DNA of 64,000 bases from Blasia pusilla. Lineage: Eukaryota. Of this stretch, positions 1 through 13,409 are shown piece by piece. Position 1 is the stretch's first letter; each line of letters opens with the position of its first letter. The notes under the pieces are model-generated. The model saw nothing but the letters and a program-made list of their open reading frames with translations. It did not search any database and was not told the DNA's origin. The position numbers and the translations under genes are program-made. The DNA is taken from positions 45,694,001-45,758,000 of the forward strand of contig CM114271.1 in assembly GCA_050084515.1 (NCBI GenBank), given 5' to 3'.

Positions 1-850
1 GATTGCTCCAAACTAAACTAGCCATGTGTCTGACTTATCACCCTCAAAGTGATGGACAAGTGAAAAGGGCCAACTGTACCATTGAGGATATGCTACGCGC
101 CTTAACATTGGAGGATCAACAAGGATGGGACTCATTTTTACCCTTAGTAGAGTTCTCATACAATATCTCCATGAACTCTTCTACTAAGGCCACACCGTTC
201 TTTTAAATGCATGGCAAGTATTCCTCAATTCCTTCTAGTCTCACTTGAATAGGGAGAAGTCTGAGGGAACCTACAAAAGTAGCTGCAATTAATGAGTTTG
301 TGGACCAAATTCTTAAAAGGGGTTCAACTTGCTAAGAGAGAGGTTGGCTATTTCCCAAAATTCACAAAACAAACATGCAGATGCTTATCGTAGAGATGTT
401 GAGTTTTTGAAGGGACAAGGTTTGTTAGCAACAACCAATTTATCATTAGTAGGAGTTAGTAAAAGCTTAATCCTCGCTATATTGGGCCTTTCACTATCCT
501 ACAAAAGTAGGGGCGCCATGGCGTATAAGCTAGACCTACCGATGTATATGAAAATCCATCATGTGTTTCATGTCTCTCTCTTCTTTGACCGTTTATTCCA
601 CGCCCTAGAGATTTAAGGATAATATTGTCACTCCACCACTATCTCAAATAGTTGGAGATCATGAAGAATTTGAAGTGGAACGTATCTTGGAAACGCACTC
701 GAGAAGCTCATCACCTGTGAGTTGAATATTTGGTCCAATGGAAAGGATATCCACTATTTGAGGCCACATGGGAACCCTCACCAACTTGGCCAACGCACCA
801 TTAATAGTACAACAATTTGAAAGTTCTCACAACAAGGACATTGTGTCTTA
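1..850 (+). mobile_element. 3' end of a degenerate chromovirus-type Ty3/Gypsy pol: integrase C-terminus plus chromodomain
   Basis: YHPQSDGQVKRANCTIEDMLR (integrase core end) and YKLDLP..MKIHHVFHVS. Chromodomain pieces EEFEVERILE / VEYLVQWKGYPLFEATWEP at ~660-830. Broken by stops and frameshifts. Confidence 0.9.
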
Positions 851-862
851 AATGGGGAGGTT

Positions 863-1412
863 TGTAGCCACCCTTTGTTAGTAATAGTTAAGTTAGAATC
901 TATGACATAGCGCATAAGTGGAAAAGAATCAACCAAAAGAGAAAAAGATAAGATACATGATATAAAGATGAGAGGGGCCATAGGTTGGTGAAAAGGAAGA
1001 CAAGGATGAGGTTGAGGAAAATGAGGTTGAGACATTAGACTCTAAAGGAGATCCTCTCATGCTATGAGAGTAGGACACGTGGCATAAAGATAGGTAGAGC
1101 TAATTTGTCTTCATTGTACCTATCTCTAAGTATATAAAGGAAGAGGAGAGGCCTTGAGGGATATTCTACCTTTGAGCAACTCTAGAGTGGTTCAGTTAGA
1201 GGATGTTTGTCAAGTATGGATAGGGGTGGACCACGATTTTTGCGGATTTTTTCTTTTCTTAACCCGTAGCACATCAAGATTCTCTTTGTAGATAGGTACT
1301 GGTTCACTTGCTATCTAGTTTATCACTTTGGGGACTAGTCATGAACCAAGTCATGCAATCTCGAACTCTGATGATCCTTCCTATAGTCACGTACGGAAGG
1401 ACATGGGATTAC
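863..1412 (+). repeat. 3' LTR of the chromovirus
   Basis: Follows the purine tract aatggggagg (851-860), starts TGTAG and ends TTACA. Contains a TATA-like tatataaagg. The partner LTR lies outside the window. Confidence 0.65.
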
Positions 1413-2918
1413 ACTTTGTATGTCCTTATATAGCTATCCATGGACATCAATAGGCCTGCTCAAGTAGGGTTTAACACTAGTTGTGTGATTTTCTTTGTGT
1501 ACAAACGTAAAGTAGTTTACAAGGACTTCATAGTTAGGAATTTCGGGATTCCATGTTATGAAGAAGTGATCGCCTCGGCACTATCTTTCGTGATTCCTAT
1601 CGTGAGAGAATGGATGGTTTACATAATAATTCTGTATTGAAAAAGGAGAAAGTCTTATAGAGTTCGACTTGCATCAACCACGTACGCTGCAACTAGAAGG
1701 TCCGTCCTTACTCGAAGAAAGACTCTTGACACGACAAATGGCACTTCCACTGAGAGATCTTTGAGGCGGTAGATTGTGTTTGCAAGTTGGAGCCTTGTCA
1801 ATATGACTACTTTTTGGAGAACTTCATCAATGGGAACTCAAGGAGCTGAGGAACTTCTCCGAACTTTGACAACATTGTTGAGCCAGCAAGGAGGAGTCCA
1901 CATAGGAGAGCAAAAATCAACAAGGCCTCTCCAAGCGATTGTAAAGAAGTTGGGGTGATTTGATGGGAGGAACATCACCAAGTATGTTCTAGAGTATGTG
2001 TGTGAGAAGGAGGTAAACCACATGACCGAAGGCGATATGGTGTCAAGTTTTGAGTTAGATGTAATACCAGAGATCCGTAGTCAAGTAAAGAAGTTGAGAG
2101 CATAAAATCCAACCTCGTGGGAGGAGTATGAGCAGTTGCTGAAAGGAGAATTCTTTGATGATGATGTGGATCAGGAGACTAAGAGGAGTTTTCTAGAATG
2201 GATAGAGCAACGTCCAGGGAAGGGAATGACTCCAAATGAATTGTTGCGTGAGTTTGAGAAGCGGTTTTTTAACTTTCTTCTTCCAAAGGGCAACTCTAGA
2301 CTTGAGGAAAATAGAGTTATTCCTTGAGGCGGTGATGAGAATTTGGAGGATAAGCTTTTCATAATGTTGGCGGACAAGAACAAAGAAGGAGGTGTTAGCA
2401 CTAATTGGAAGAAAGTGGAAGAAGTTTGTTGCTATTCTCACAAAAGCAAAGTCAGTAGAGGTAGAACCACACTATTCAAGTTGGAGGTATCAATTTCAAA
2501 TCCATTGCCTAAGCCCATGTCTGCAAAGCTTGAAGATTGTGCCATTGATGAGTTGGTGAAAGGTTTGAGAGAGTTGAGAGTAGAAATGGGTGAGCTTAAA
2601 CTTGATAGGAATCCTAGTGTTGGTGCTCCTTCGACAAATAGGAACTTTGTGAGAAGATGTATATGGTGTGATAGTGTTGAGCATCAACGTCGAGAATGTG
2701 AAGAGTTTTAGAAGCTCTTAGGAATGGAATAGTAAACTTCAAAGATGGGGAAGATTCATTCAACGCATGATGAGACTCGTATGCCGTTGAATACCAACTT
2801 TGGTAGAGGAGGAATGAAAGGCTTAGTGAGAAGTCAAGTAGGAGTTTCCCTCGACATTAGATTCTGATAACTTTGTAGTAAAAATAAAGCACCTATTGTA
2901 TTTGTAGCTAAAAGTGAA
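1413..2918 (+). mobile_element. 5' part (leader and gag) of Ty3/Gypsy element 'G', cut by a CACTA insertion
   Basis: Retrotransposon gag fragments FDGRNITKY, LKGEFFDDD, zinc knuckle RRCIWCDSVEHQRREC and PLNTNFGRGGMK. Ends at GAA directly before the CACTA TIR. Confidence 0.85.
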
Positions 2919-3070
2919 CACTAGTAGAAAAGGGGCTAGTTTAAACCGAGGTGTTAGTGACTCATGTTACTAAGAGTCATTTGAACTACTCCTAGTTACT
3001 CTAAAACACGTCAATTGACTCATGAATGACTCACATCCTCGAGTCACATTTAATGACTAGGTTAAACTCA
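2919..3070 (+). mobile_element. CACTA (En/Spm) 5' terminus with TIR and subterminal repeats
   Basis: CACTAGTAGAAAA at 2919-2931, preceded by GAA. Clustered (A)TGACT/AGTCA motifs resemble those at 53190-53670. Confidence 0.85.
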
Positions 3071-4229
3071 TAGAGGAGGAAGAGTTTTTTTCTTAGAGAT
3101 GTTGGGCAATATTTTGTGAATTTCTTTATTATTATGAACGATGATAAGCCCTCTTTGAGACTATTAGGAAGCCATTATAAGGTTGGTTGATATGGAATAT
3201 ATAAAAGGGGTGCTAGTAGGTCTTGCCAAAGAAGACTAAAATGAACTAAGGTTTAGAAAGTTGAGATCATTTGATAACAGGAAAATACAAGGAAAACAAG
3301 TTAACCCTAAGTAGCTAAAGACCTACTTTAGCTACTCCGGCGCTTTGTTGAATCACGTTGTCGTCAAGGAAATACAAGGAACGCCTTTTCTCTTTTTGCG
3401 CGGTCTCTCATGCTCTTTCAATTCCTTTTGTTTTGTCATGGTAGACATTGTTCGGTCCGAGTTTGCTATTACACTTTTGACACTCTCGGGACTTCTCACT
3501 GAGAAAGAAGGAAGAAGGCTTGAAGGCTTGAATAGCTCGAGTGTGGAAGTCGTGATTTCGCCTTACAATGGTGGAAAATCGCTTTTTCCAGCTCCACCTT
3601 CATGAAAGGTTCAGATAAGGCCTTGGATTGCACACACTGGCAGAGAGAGTGCACAAACCCGATCACGTACAGATTTCACGAAGCCGGGTTGCGTATTTCT
3701 TGTCTCTCTTTCTCGTTTCGGCCAAATCCACTTGGTTCTTGGAATCACTTGTTCCAAAATCTGGCCCAAGTAGTTTGATGTCCTACATTACAACTCAAGA
3801 GACATATCCTGTCAATTTCTTGGCCTACTTGAACAACTGCACTTGTTTGATGACGAGCATCTAGTGCGCCTAAATCTTATCACCCAACTTGAAATGTTGC
3901 ACTTCTTTGATGTCCAACATCTAATGCGCCTAAATCTTTCCACCCAACTTGATTTCCAACATCAGATGACTCAACCATGGGAGTTATTTCTTGTTGCCCC
4001 AACTCTAAGGTTTGACAATCTCTCTGGAGAATGGGACCAAGGTCCTTGAAAGTAGTCGCATGATAATTGTCATAAAACCCTCGATATGCTATGGTTTTCC
4101 CTACTTTAAAATTGGTAGATTTGCAAAAACATTTATTAGTAGCAGGGTACTATTTACTCCCGTGCATCTCTCTGCGTTCCAATCCTACTTAATGGCTGAT
4201 AGTATTACCCCAAAACTCATCCCAGCTCA

Positions 4230-6304
4230 CATGCTTCCCAAAGTTGTATAAGAGTCTCTGAGAGTCTCACTTAAAAATTTTCGTAACCAAGTTGCCTCTC
4301 TGAGAGCTCTAGTTAGAGCCATGTACTCTACTTCAGTAGTGGATAGAGCAACAAATTTTTACTTCTTGCTTCCCCAGCATACAGTTGCGTGTCCTAACAA
4401 GAAACAAAAACCAGAGGTTGATGTTCGATCATCCTGATTACCTCCCCAATCAGCATCAGAGTAACCATACAATGGTTCTAGGTTGTTTTTCCTAGTGCAC
4501 ACAAGTCCTAAGTTTGTTGTCCCTTTTAGATATCTAAAAATCCTTTTTAGAGCACCCCAATGGGCTCAACGTGGTTCAACCATATATCTAGAAATCATAC
4601 TCACAGCAAAAGAAATGCTAGGCTAGTACAAACCATTGCCCATATGAGACTACCTCTTGACGTTTATAAGGTATCTTTCTCATGAAGCTTCTTTCTTCTT
4701 CATTCTCTAGAATCCTTTCTTAATAGCTTCTTCCCAGATTCTACTAGTGTTTCTCTGAGTTTTGGGTGACATTTTAAACTTTTCAAGTACATTGTTGACA
4801 TACCTACTTTGAGATAGTCTAATCCATCCTTCCTTTTGTTCCTAGTTACTTCCATTTGAAGGAAATGATGGATTTCTCCTAGATCTGTCATTCTAAACTC
4901 CTTTTCATTGAGTCTTTGACAAATATTAGCAATGGTGTACAATTACTAATCGATCAGCGTCATCTACGTATATAGGGCAAATTCAACAAAATATTCCTGA
5001 TCATTCGGGATGTAAAATTTGTGTCATTATCACATCTCGAAATCCTATTTTGATCAGAAATCTATCCATCATTTGATACCACAATCTTGATGACTATTTA
5101 AGTCCATAAATGGACTTGTGCGACCTACAAACTTGATCTTGGCAAGTAGGATTTGATAGCCCCTCCTGGCATCTCCATGTATACTTCCTCCTCAAGTATA
5201 CCATTCAAAAATGTTGTCTTTACATCCATCTTATGTACTTCAAGATCAAACTATGTTGCGGAGCAAGCATAACTTCGGATTGAAGTTTTTTACTCTGAGA
5301 TGAGAATGGCTCAGTGTAGTCCACACCATAAACTTGTGAGTAGCCTTTTGCTACCAATCTTGCTTTGTACCTTTCAATGCTCCCATGTGCCTTGTACTTT
5401 ATTTTGAAAACCCATTTTACATCCCACGGCCTTTCTACTGGTGGGAGTGAAGTGAATGACCAAGTGTTATTCAACCTCATGGATTCAAGCTCTTATTCCA
5501 TTGCATCCTTCAAAGAAGCGCTTGCTGCCCAGAGAGCTTCTTCATAGGTCTCGGGTTCTTCAATATTGTTATGCTTCTCTTGTTGACTCATTAACGCTTG
5601 AGTCAACTTCTCCATATCTGGAGTCCTTGCGTGTGATTCTTGATGTCTTTGCATCATATTTCTGCACTTGCCTTGAAACCCTTTCAGATCTTCTTGGTCT
5701 AGCACTCGCTTGTGTTGGAGTTTTGTTGTTGGACTCTATTTGAACAATCTGTGGCTCCTTTTGAACTTGTTCTCATGCAACATCAAGAAAACCACTCTCT
5801 GTTGGAATCTCACTAGCACTCTTACTAGTACTTGGAGTGCTCATACGTGATGTTAGTACATCTTTTCCTTCAGTGGTAGTCAATGCTGGAGTTGGTAAGG
5901 CTCCCACTAAACTCGTTCCCCAAGACTCCAGGAACTCAAACAAGGAATGGTCCTCCTCTTTACGCAAACCAACAAATGCCACTTTTCCCTCTTGGAATTT
6001 TACATCCCTAGAAGTGGTGATGGTTTTGTCAAATTTCTTTTGCAACATGTATCCTTTTCTTTGCTCTTCATAACCAAGAAGAATACATTTAGTTTTATGA
6101 TTTATGATTTTACATCTAGTTTTCTCCTCTGAGAAGAAGGAATTAGTGCAAAAGCTGTACACCAAAAAATTCTATTGTGACTAAGATCTGGAGGCTCTCT
6201 GTACCAAACCTCATATGGTGTCTTAACACCCTCCAGAGCCTTTTTTGGTGATCTGTTCTACAAATAGTTTGCTGTCACTATTGCTTCACCCCAAAAAGTT
6301 TTCG
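4230..6304 (-). mobile_element. Degenerate Ty1/Copia internal fragment (integrase end, RT, RNase H start)
   Basis: KTFWGEAIVTANYL, KCILLGYEEQRKGY, KWVFKIKYKAHGSIERYKARLVAKGYSQVYGVDY, MTDLGEIHHFL and GYSDADWGG. No LTRs recognised. Confidence 0.9.
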
Positions 6305-8345
6305 AGTGACAAGCCAATCTTCCGACGACCCTACAAGTACAATGACATGGAGAGGGTTTTGATTCTGAGTAGCAGCCAAGACTTGGTCGGAGCAGACTAG
6401 TGGAGATGTTGCATGGAGAGTATGCATCTGTCATTGTCATGCCCATCAAGAAGGATGTGCATGGAAACTGGACGGATAGGTGGATGTGTGGAGATTACCA
6501 ACCTATCAATCGATAGACAAAGTTCGATAGGTATGCCAAGCCTACCCCTAAGGAGATCTTTGATATGATTGGGCATACAAAGATCTTCAATTCATTGGAT
6601 TTGAGAGCCGGATACCATCGGCTACCTATCAGATTGGAGGGGCGAGGCGAAGACGGCATTTTGGGGCATTGATCCTCACAAGAAGGATTGATTGTGCCAC
6701 TGGTAGCTCTTACCATTCGGGTTAAAGAACGCCCCGGCTGAGTTTCAGAGGATCGTGGATAGGATCTTGGCATGTCTTGATTTTGCTAGATGTTACATTG
6801 ATGATGTCGTGAGGTTTTAGTGCCACGGTTGAGGAGCATGACGACATCTAAAGGAGGTGTTTTCGACGATTGCATTTACATGGGATGAAGCTACATCCAA
6901 ATAAGTGCAAGTTCTTCTACGACTAGATTGAGCACTTGGGTCATCGATATACCTGGGGGCCTTGGTATGCAGCAGATGAAGATAGAGGCTATTTCATATT
7001 TTCCACGCCCTACAGATGTGAGTCGAGTTTGTGCATTCATGGGATTGGAAAACTTCTATTGACGGTACGTCAAGGGTTTCTGTTTGATTGCACCGCTAAC
7101 CTTGCTAACCAAGGTGGATTAGGAGTGCACTTTGAGGGGGATGAGCAAGAGAGAGCATTTAATTTGCTCAAAAGATATATTGGCGTCTGTGCCCATATTT
7201 AGGGAGATTGATCGGTGGGCGTCATTTCGGTTGCATGCCAATTGGATCATGTTGGGGCTTGGAGTGTGCTCACCTAGCATGACGATGATGGTAGAGAGTT
7301 TGTGGTGGCTTACGCTAGTCAATCAAACAATGTTGGAGAGGCAAAGTATAGCTTGTATGAGGATGAGTGCTTGGCGGTGGTGTGGCGATCATAAATTTCA
7401 GTCTTATTTATTGAAGCCCCTTACCATCATTACCAATCATCAGCCACTTAAGTTGTTGATGGAGTCCGACATGCTTACAGGGAAGCTTGCAAGGTGGGCT
7501 CTTTTGTGCAGGAGTATAACTTCCAAGTGATGCATAGACCTAGGATGCTCAACTAGGATGCACAAAGTTTGAGCCGTAGCCCATGCTCGAGTCAGCGAGA
7601 TGCGATTGGAGCTTGTTGGCATGGTGAGAGTGATGAGGAGTTGATGCTAGGATGGCGGCGTCGCGCCCCTATTTGGGCATGTTGGCTATGAAGAGCCAAG
7701 TTGTTGAGACTTTGGTTGCGAGGTCTGATGGAGAGTCCTTAGATCCAGAGGCTGGTGAGGAGACGATAGGTGGCCGAGATATTCACGACGAGGGAGTAGT
7801 CTTTGAGTACTTACGTACTGGCATCTTCGCGAGCAGAGTGGGTGCTAGAGAGCAGGATCGGATCCTACAGCGGGCAGGCGGTTCGGTGGGAGGAACACAT
7901 GTGTTGCAAGTTTGGGAGGATGGTAGAGTGTGTGTAGTGCCTCATCCGCTGCGAGAGCACATTTGGTACATCATGCCCACGAGAGTTGGGTCATTTTGGA
8001 GTAAAAAGGACGTCTGACTTGCTCCACATATAATATTGGTGGCAAGGCATGGAGACGACATTCAACAGTTGGTTGTCGGATGCATGGTGTGTGATCGAGT
8101 CGGGCATCGTTCAATGCTCCGACTCACACTGCATCCACTTCCGATCATGGGTTTAGGTTATAGATGGAATTTGGATTTTGCAAGACCTTTACCTTTTACA
8201 TAGCGTCAAAGTTCTTATGTATTGGTGATGGTGAGCACTTCTCGAAAGTGGATAGAGTTGGTTGTGAGGATAGCATATGGCATGTGTGAGGCCACCTCTC
8301 ACTAGGGTTCTTAAGGGATGATGGATGTGTTCTAGATGTACATAG
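6300..8345 (+). mobile_element. Ty3/Gypsy pol fragment: RT, RNase H, integrase N-part, then after a deletion the PHD-finger C-terminus
   Basis: DKPIFRRPYKY, GEYASVIVMPIKKD..GNWTD..MCGDY, LDLRAGYH, YIDDV, TNHQPLK..LTGKLARWAL and HPLPIMGLGYRWNLDFA. 8270-8345 matches the PHD tail at 49770-49850. Confidence 0.9.
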
Positions 8346-8528
8346 AGTTGGTAATTCTAGATTTTGACTTGTATCTATTATACGGATGAAAAAAAAAAGG
8401 CGACTAACGATGGGGCCACTTGAGCTCCGAGGCCATATACTCTTAGCATCAGAGAGATGTATGTTATGGTAGGTATGGATAGATAGCTATCCTGGAGTTA
8501 GAGGGACCTAACCACCAACTAGGGAGGA

Positions 8529-9820
8529 TTGGAGATATTTTGGTACTTCTTTTCTTGTTGTTTTGATGCCATGAGTTAGCATGGGATCATGCGTGTTTGT
8601 GTGTATGTTTGTCGAAAATGATGTATGTTGTATAGCGATGTGTATGCATACCACAATTGTCACGACTTTTAGGATAGATCAAAGAGATCTGGTAGAGCGC
8701 CTTTGTGAGTAGAGGAGGACGGACTCATGAGATTGAGGATGATCTGCGAGGTTTCGGAAAACCTAAAAGAGCATGTTTTCCCTTCGTTTCGGCTCATTTG
8801 GACCCATATAGAGAAAGTTTATATTTTGGGTAAGTTTCTATGTTTGGTAGAGTTGACTTTCCACTTTGGGAAGTGGCCCTGACCCCTTCAACAGGTCAAG
8901 AGCCAAGGAGGTCACGACTTTTAGGATAGATCGGAGAGATGTGGTAGAGCGCCTTTGCAAGTAGAGGAGGATAGGCTCATGAGGTCGAGGATGACCTTTG
9001 AGGTCTGGAAAACCTAAGAGAGCATGTTTCCCCTTCGTTTCGGCTCATTGGGAGCCAGAGAAACCTACTATTTTGGGTAAGTTTCCATGTTTGGTAGAGT
9101 TGACTTTCTACTTTGGAAGTGGCTCTTGACCCGCTTCTAGTAGATCAAGAGCCAAGGACATGACTTTTGTGAGCATAGGTTACCGAAAGAGAGCTTGGGA
9201 GAGAGGGAAGGGTGTACCTCAAGGAGAGAGAGCTAGAGGATCATTCTCTTTTGTTGAACCTCTTGGCATGAGGCGGCGGAGCTATGGTTCCTGCCTTGTG
9301 AGTGTAACCAAGGTTGCTTATGGACAAAGTCCGTGGCGTGGATATGTCCATGTCCATGGACTTATGTCCGTCTTATGGAAGAACTTGTCTTTATGGGCCC
9401 CATCTTTCCTTTCTTTGTGCTTTCCCCTTGCCTTCAGTATTCCATACTCCCCATTTCTTCCTCCCTCCACCTCCACTCCCTCCTCCCTCATTGCTCCACT
9501 CATCCTTGACTTGCCTTCCATCATGCGATAAGTGTGGATCCCACTCTTAGAACCCATGTCCGTGGACATGTCGGGACTTACGCCTCCATGTTGCGTCCTA
9601 AGGAAGGACTTGTTCGCCGTTTTAGTGTAATCCAAGCCTTTCCTTAGGAGAGTGGATTTGGTTTGATATTAAGAGAGATTGGATCTACTTGATTTGATTG
9701 GAGATATTTTGGTTCTTATTGTCTCGTTGTTTGGATGTCATGAGTTGGCATGGGATCGTGTGTGTTTGTGTGTATGTTTGTAAACAACTATGTATGTTGT
9801 GTAGCAATGTATATGCATCG
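8529..9820 (+). repeat. Terminal repeat complex of the PHD-Gypsy: extra U5-like block (8529-8655) followed by the LTR (8658-~9820)
   Basis: The LTR starts TGTCACGAC. Its first ~250 bp is tandemly duplicated at ~8911-9160. The last ~125 bp (9698-9820) repeats 8529-8655. Homologous to 48807-49582 on the other strand. Confidence 0.8.
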
Positions 9821-10089
9821 AAAATTAACTCAAATTATGACTAAATTGGTTTAGTCACAAAATTTAGGTTTGTACAACTCACCTAATCATTTGCATATGA
9901 CTAAAGTGGTTATCAATACCCCTTAGAAAAGACGAGTAGTAATACCTATTTCACTTGCATAGTTATATTGAGTCATAAACATCGATTGATATGTTTAAAT
10001 GATTTCATACTCAAATGTTGTCGTGTTTTTTTATTGCTGTTGGGATATAATTCCTTACCCTAAGTTTAAATACCATTATTTTATTTGTG

Positions 10090-13000
10090 TTCTTTGGGTT
10101 GGGATGCCCCTTTGGGGGCATTTTTGGTATGAGTATGTTTCTGATTTTTTTGGCGCCTAAAGTTGAAAAACCTAGTTCGGGAGGTAGAAAAAGAGGTATG
10201 GAGAAAACCTTCTTCCAACCATTGGATGGTGATGAAAATTTGTAAAAACCTTTGCATTAAATATCTTCAAAACTTCAACGGTTTAGATCTGCCATTTAGC
10301 CCCCCATACTCATACCAAAAATAGAAAACCTTGTTTAGGGTTTACAATTTTAATTTGGTCTATGAGTGGTCATTTGAAGTCTTTATTTTCCCTTGTTTTT
10401 GTTTATGGAAAAGCTTTATGATTTTTGGACCCCTAGTTGAGGGGTGGAGGAGAAAAAGGGGATCAAGAGGACTTTCAATAGCATTCTTCAAAGTCGTTGT
10501 GTCATTTTGATGTTAACATGGAGTTATCCTTTCTTTCCACCATCTTATGGTGATGAAAAGTGGCCGGATCCTTTCCAAAAAATCTCTCCAAAACGTCAAT
10601 GATTCAAATCTGCTATTTAGCCCCCATACTCATACAAAAATGAAAGACCTTGTTTAGGAGTTACGATTATTAATTCCATGTATGTAGTCATTTGAAGTTT
10701 TTCCTTTTCCTACATTTCTGTCATTGGATTTTCCCTTTGGGAAATGTTTCTTGATTTTTGACCGGTTTCGAGGGTGGAGGAGAAAATGGGAGGTCAAGAT
10801 GGACGAAGAGGACTTACAAAGGATTGTTCCAAGTCATTGTGTCATTTTCATGTTAACATGAAGGTATCTTTTCTTCCCACCATTGGATGGTGATGAAAAT
10901 TGCACAAGCCTTTTCAATAAATCTCTACATAAATTAAACAATCAGATTCCATACATACTCATACAAAAAATGAAGAGCCTTGTTAAGGCTTTATCATTTT
11001 AATTCCATTTGTGAATGGTTATTTGAAGTTTTTCTTTTCCCTTGCATTCTTGTCATTGGAGTGCCACTCTTGGAAAATTTTCTTGATTCGAGGACCCCTT
11101 GTTTAGGTGGAGGGAGAAAATGGGGTCAAAATGGTTGAGGAGGGCTATCAACATAATTGTTCCTAGTCCTTGTCTCATTTTGATGTTAACATGGACATCT
11201 TTTTCTTCCAACCATTGGATAGTAATGCAAATTGGCGAGAGCCTTTCCATTAAATCTCTTGACCTTCAACGCTCAGATCGCCATTTAGCCCCCATGCTCA
11301 TACCAAAATTGGAAGACCTTATTTAGTGGTTATTTTTCTAATTCCATCCGTGAGCGGTCATTTGTAGTTTTTCTTTTCCCTTGTGTTTGTGTCATCAAAG
11401 TGCACCTATGGGAAAAAAATTTGGTTTTAGTTCCCTGGTTGAGGGTGGAGGGAGAAAAAGGGGGCTCAAGAAGGATGAGAAGGACTTTCAATTGCATTCT
11501 TCCCAATCGTTGTGTCATTCTCAAGTTTACATGGAATATTTTTTTCTATTGGGAGCATGACGAGAAGTGCATGCTCCGACAAGGTTTCATGATTTATGGG
11601 CCACCAGAAGAAGAGGTCAAGAAAGAAGAAGAGGAGTGTTATAGGTGTAAAGTTCTAAGTCTCCATTGAATTTTCTGGTCTTATCCACGCACCCAAACCT
11701 CCCACCGTTGGATGGACATGGAACACAGAGGGATTTTTAATTCCTTCTAAGGGTGGTCATTTGGAGATTTTCTATGATGCGGAAGTGCATGTTCCAACAA
11801 GGTTTCATGATTTATGGGCTAGCGGAAGAAGAGTGGAGCAAAAATGTCGAAGAAAGAGGAAGATGAATGATGTAGGAGTAAGGTTCCATATCTCCATTGA
11901 ATTTTACTTGTCTTATTCATGCACACCTCCCACCGTTGGATGGTCATGAAACATGATGGATGTGGGGTTGGCAATGCCCTCTTGCACATGGACGGTGTAG
12001 ATCTTGAATATGATTCTCCATACTCGTTAAAATTCCAAAATCTCATGTAGGGTTTTTGATTTTAATTCCTTCTATGGGTGGTCATTTGGAGATTTTCTAT
12101 CACACGGAAGTGCATTTTCCAACAAGGTTTCATGATTTATGGGCCAGGGGAAGAAGAGGGGGGCAAGAAATGTCGAAGAAGAGGAACATGAGTGATGTAA
12201 GAGTAAAGGTTCAAGTCTCCTTTGAATTTTACTCATCTTACCCATGTACATGGAGCTCCACCGTTGGATGGACGTGAAACACAAGGGATGTGGCTTTGGC
12301 AATGCCCTCTTGCCCTTGACGGTGTGGATCTTGGATATCATTCTCCATACTCACTTAAAAATTTGGGAACCTCACTTAGGTTTTTCATTTTTAATTCCTT
12401 GTATGGGTGGTTATTGAGATTTTGTATGACGTGATGCATATTCCAACAAAGTTTCATGATTTATCCCGAGAGAGAAGAAGATTGGGGCCAAATGTCGAAG
12501 AAAGAGGAAAATGAATGATGTAGGAATGAGGTTCCAAGTCTTCCTTGAATTTTACTCCTCTTATTCACGCACCTAGAGTTCCCACCTTTGGATGGACATG
12601 AAACACAAGGGATGTGGGGTTGGCAATGCCCTCTTGCCTTTGGACGGTGTGGACCTTGAATATGATTCTCCATACTCGATTAAAAATTTTGAAGCCTCAT
12701 TTTGGGTTTTATTTTTAATTCCTTCTATGGGAATTTTAAAAAAACCCGAAATGTCATTTGAGATTTTCTTTTTATGTTGGGAGCACGACATGAAGTGCAT
12801 ATTCAAAAAATTTCATGATTTATGGCCTGCAAAGAAGAGGTGGCCATAAAATGTCGAAGAAAGAGGAAGATGAAAAATGTAGGAGTAAAGGTCCAAGTCT
12901 CCTTTCAAATTTTACTGTCTTACCCCGTGCATCTGAGCTCCACCCTTGGATGCACGTGAAATAAGAGGGATGTGGGTTTGCCAATGCCCTCTTGCCCTTG

Positions 13001-13409
13001 GAGGGTGTGGAGCTTGAATATCATTCTTCAGTACTCAATTAAAAATTTTGAAACCTCACTTAGGGTTTTATTTTTAATTCCTTCTATGGGTGGTCATTTG
13101 GAGATTTTGTATGATGCGGAAGTGTATGTTCCATCAAGGTTTCAAGATTTATGGGCTAGCGTAAGAAGAGGGAGTCAAAATGTCGAAGAAAGAGGAAGAT
13201 GAATGATGTAGGAGTAAAGGTCCAAGTCTCCTTTGAATTTCCTTTGGTCTTATCCATGTATCCGGAGCTCCCATCTTGGATGGACGTGAAACAAGAGGAT
13301 ATGGGTTTGCCAATGCCCTATTGCCCTTGGAGGGTATGGAGCTTGAACATCATTCTCCATACTTAGTTTGGAAACCTCACTTAGGGTTTTTTTATTTTTA
13401 ATTCCTTCT
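10090..13409. repeat. Tandem satellite with ~325-345 bp units, left arm
   Basis: Landmark gggtggtcatttggagatttt recurs near 11751, 12077 and 13088, with variants near 12404 and 12753. Diverged units lie further left, with ttagccccca.ctcata at ~10296, 10617 and 11286. Confidence 0.9.

Noticed and set aside
3075-4230. Possible gene fragment with a ~60-bp tandem duplication at ~3838-3955
   Set aside because: No motif could be identified with confidence. It may be CACTA internal sequence and is left unannotated.
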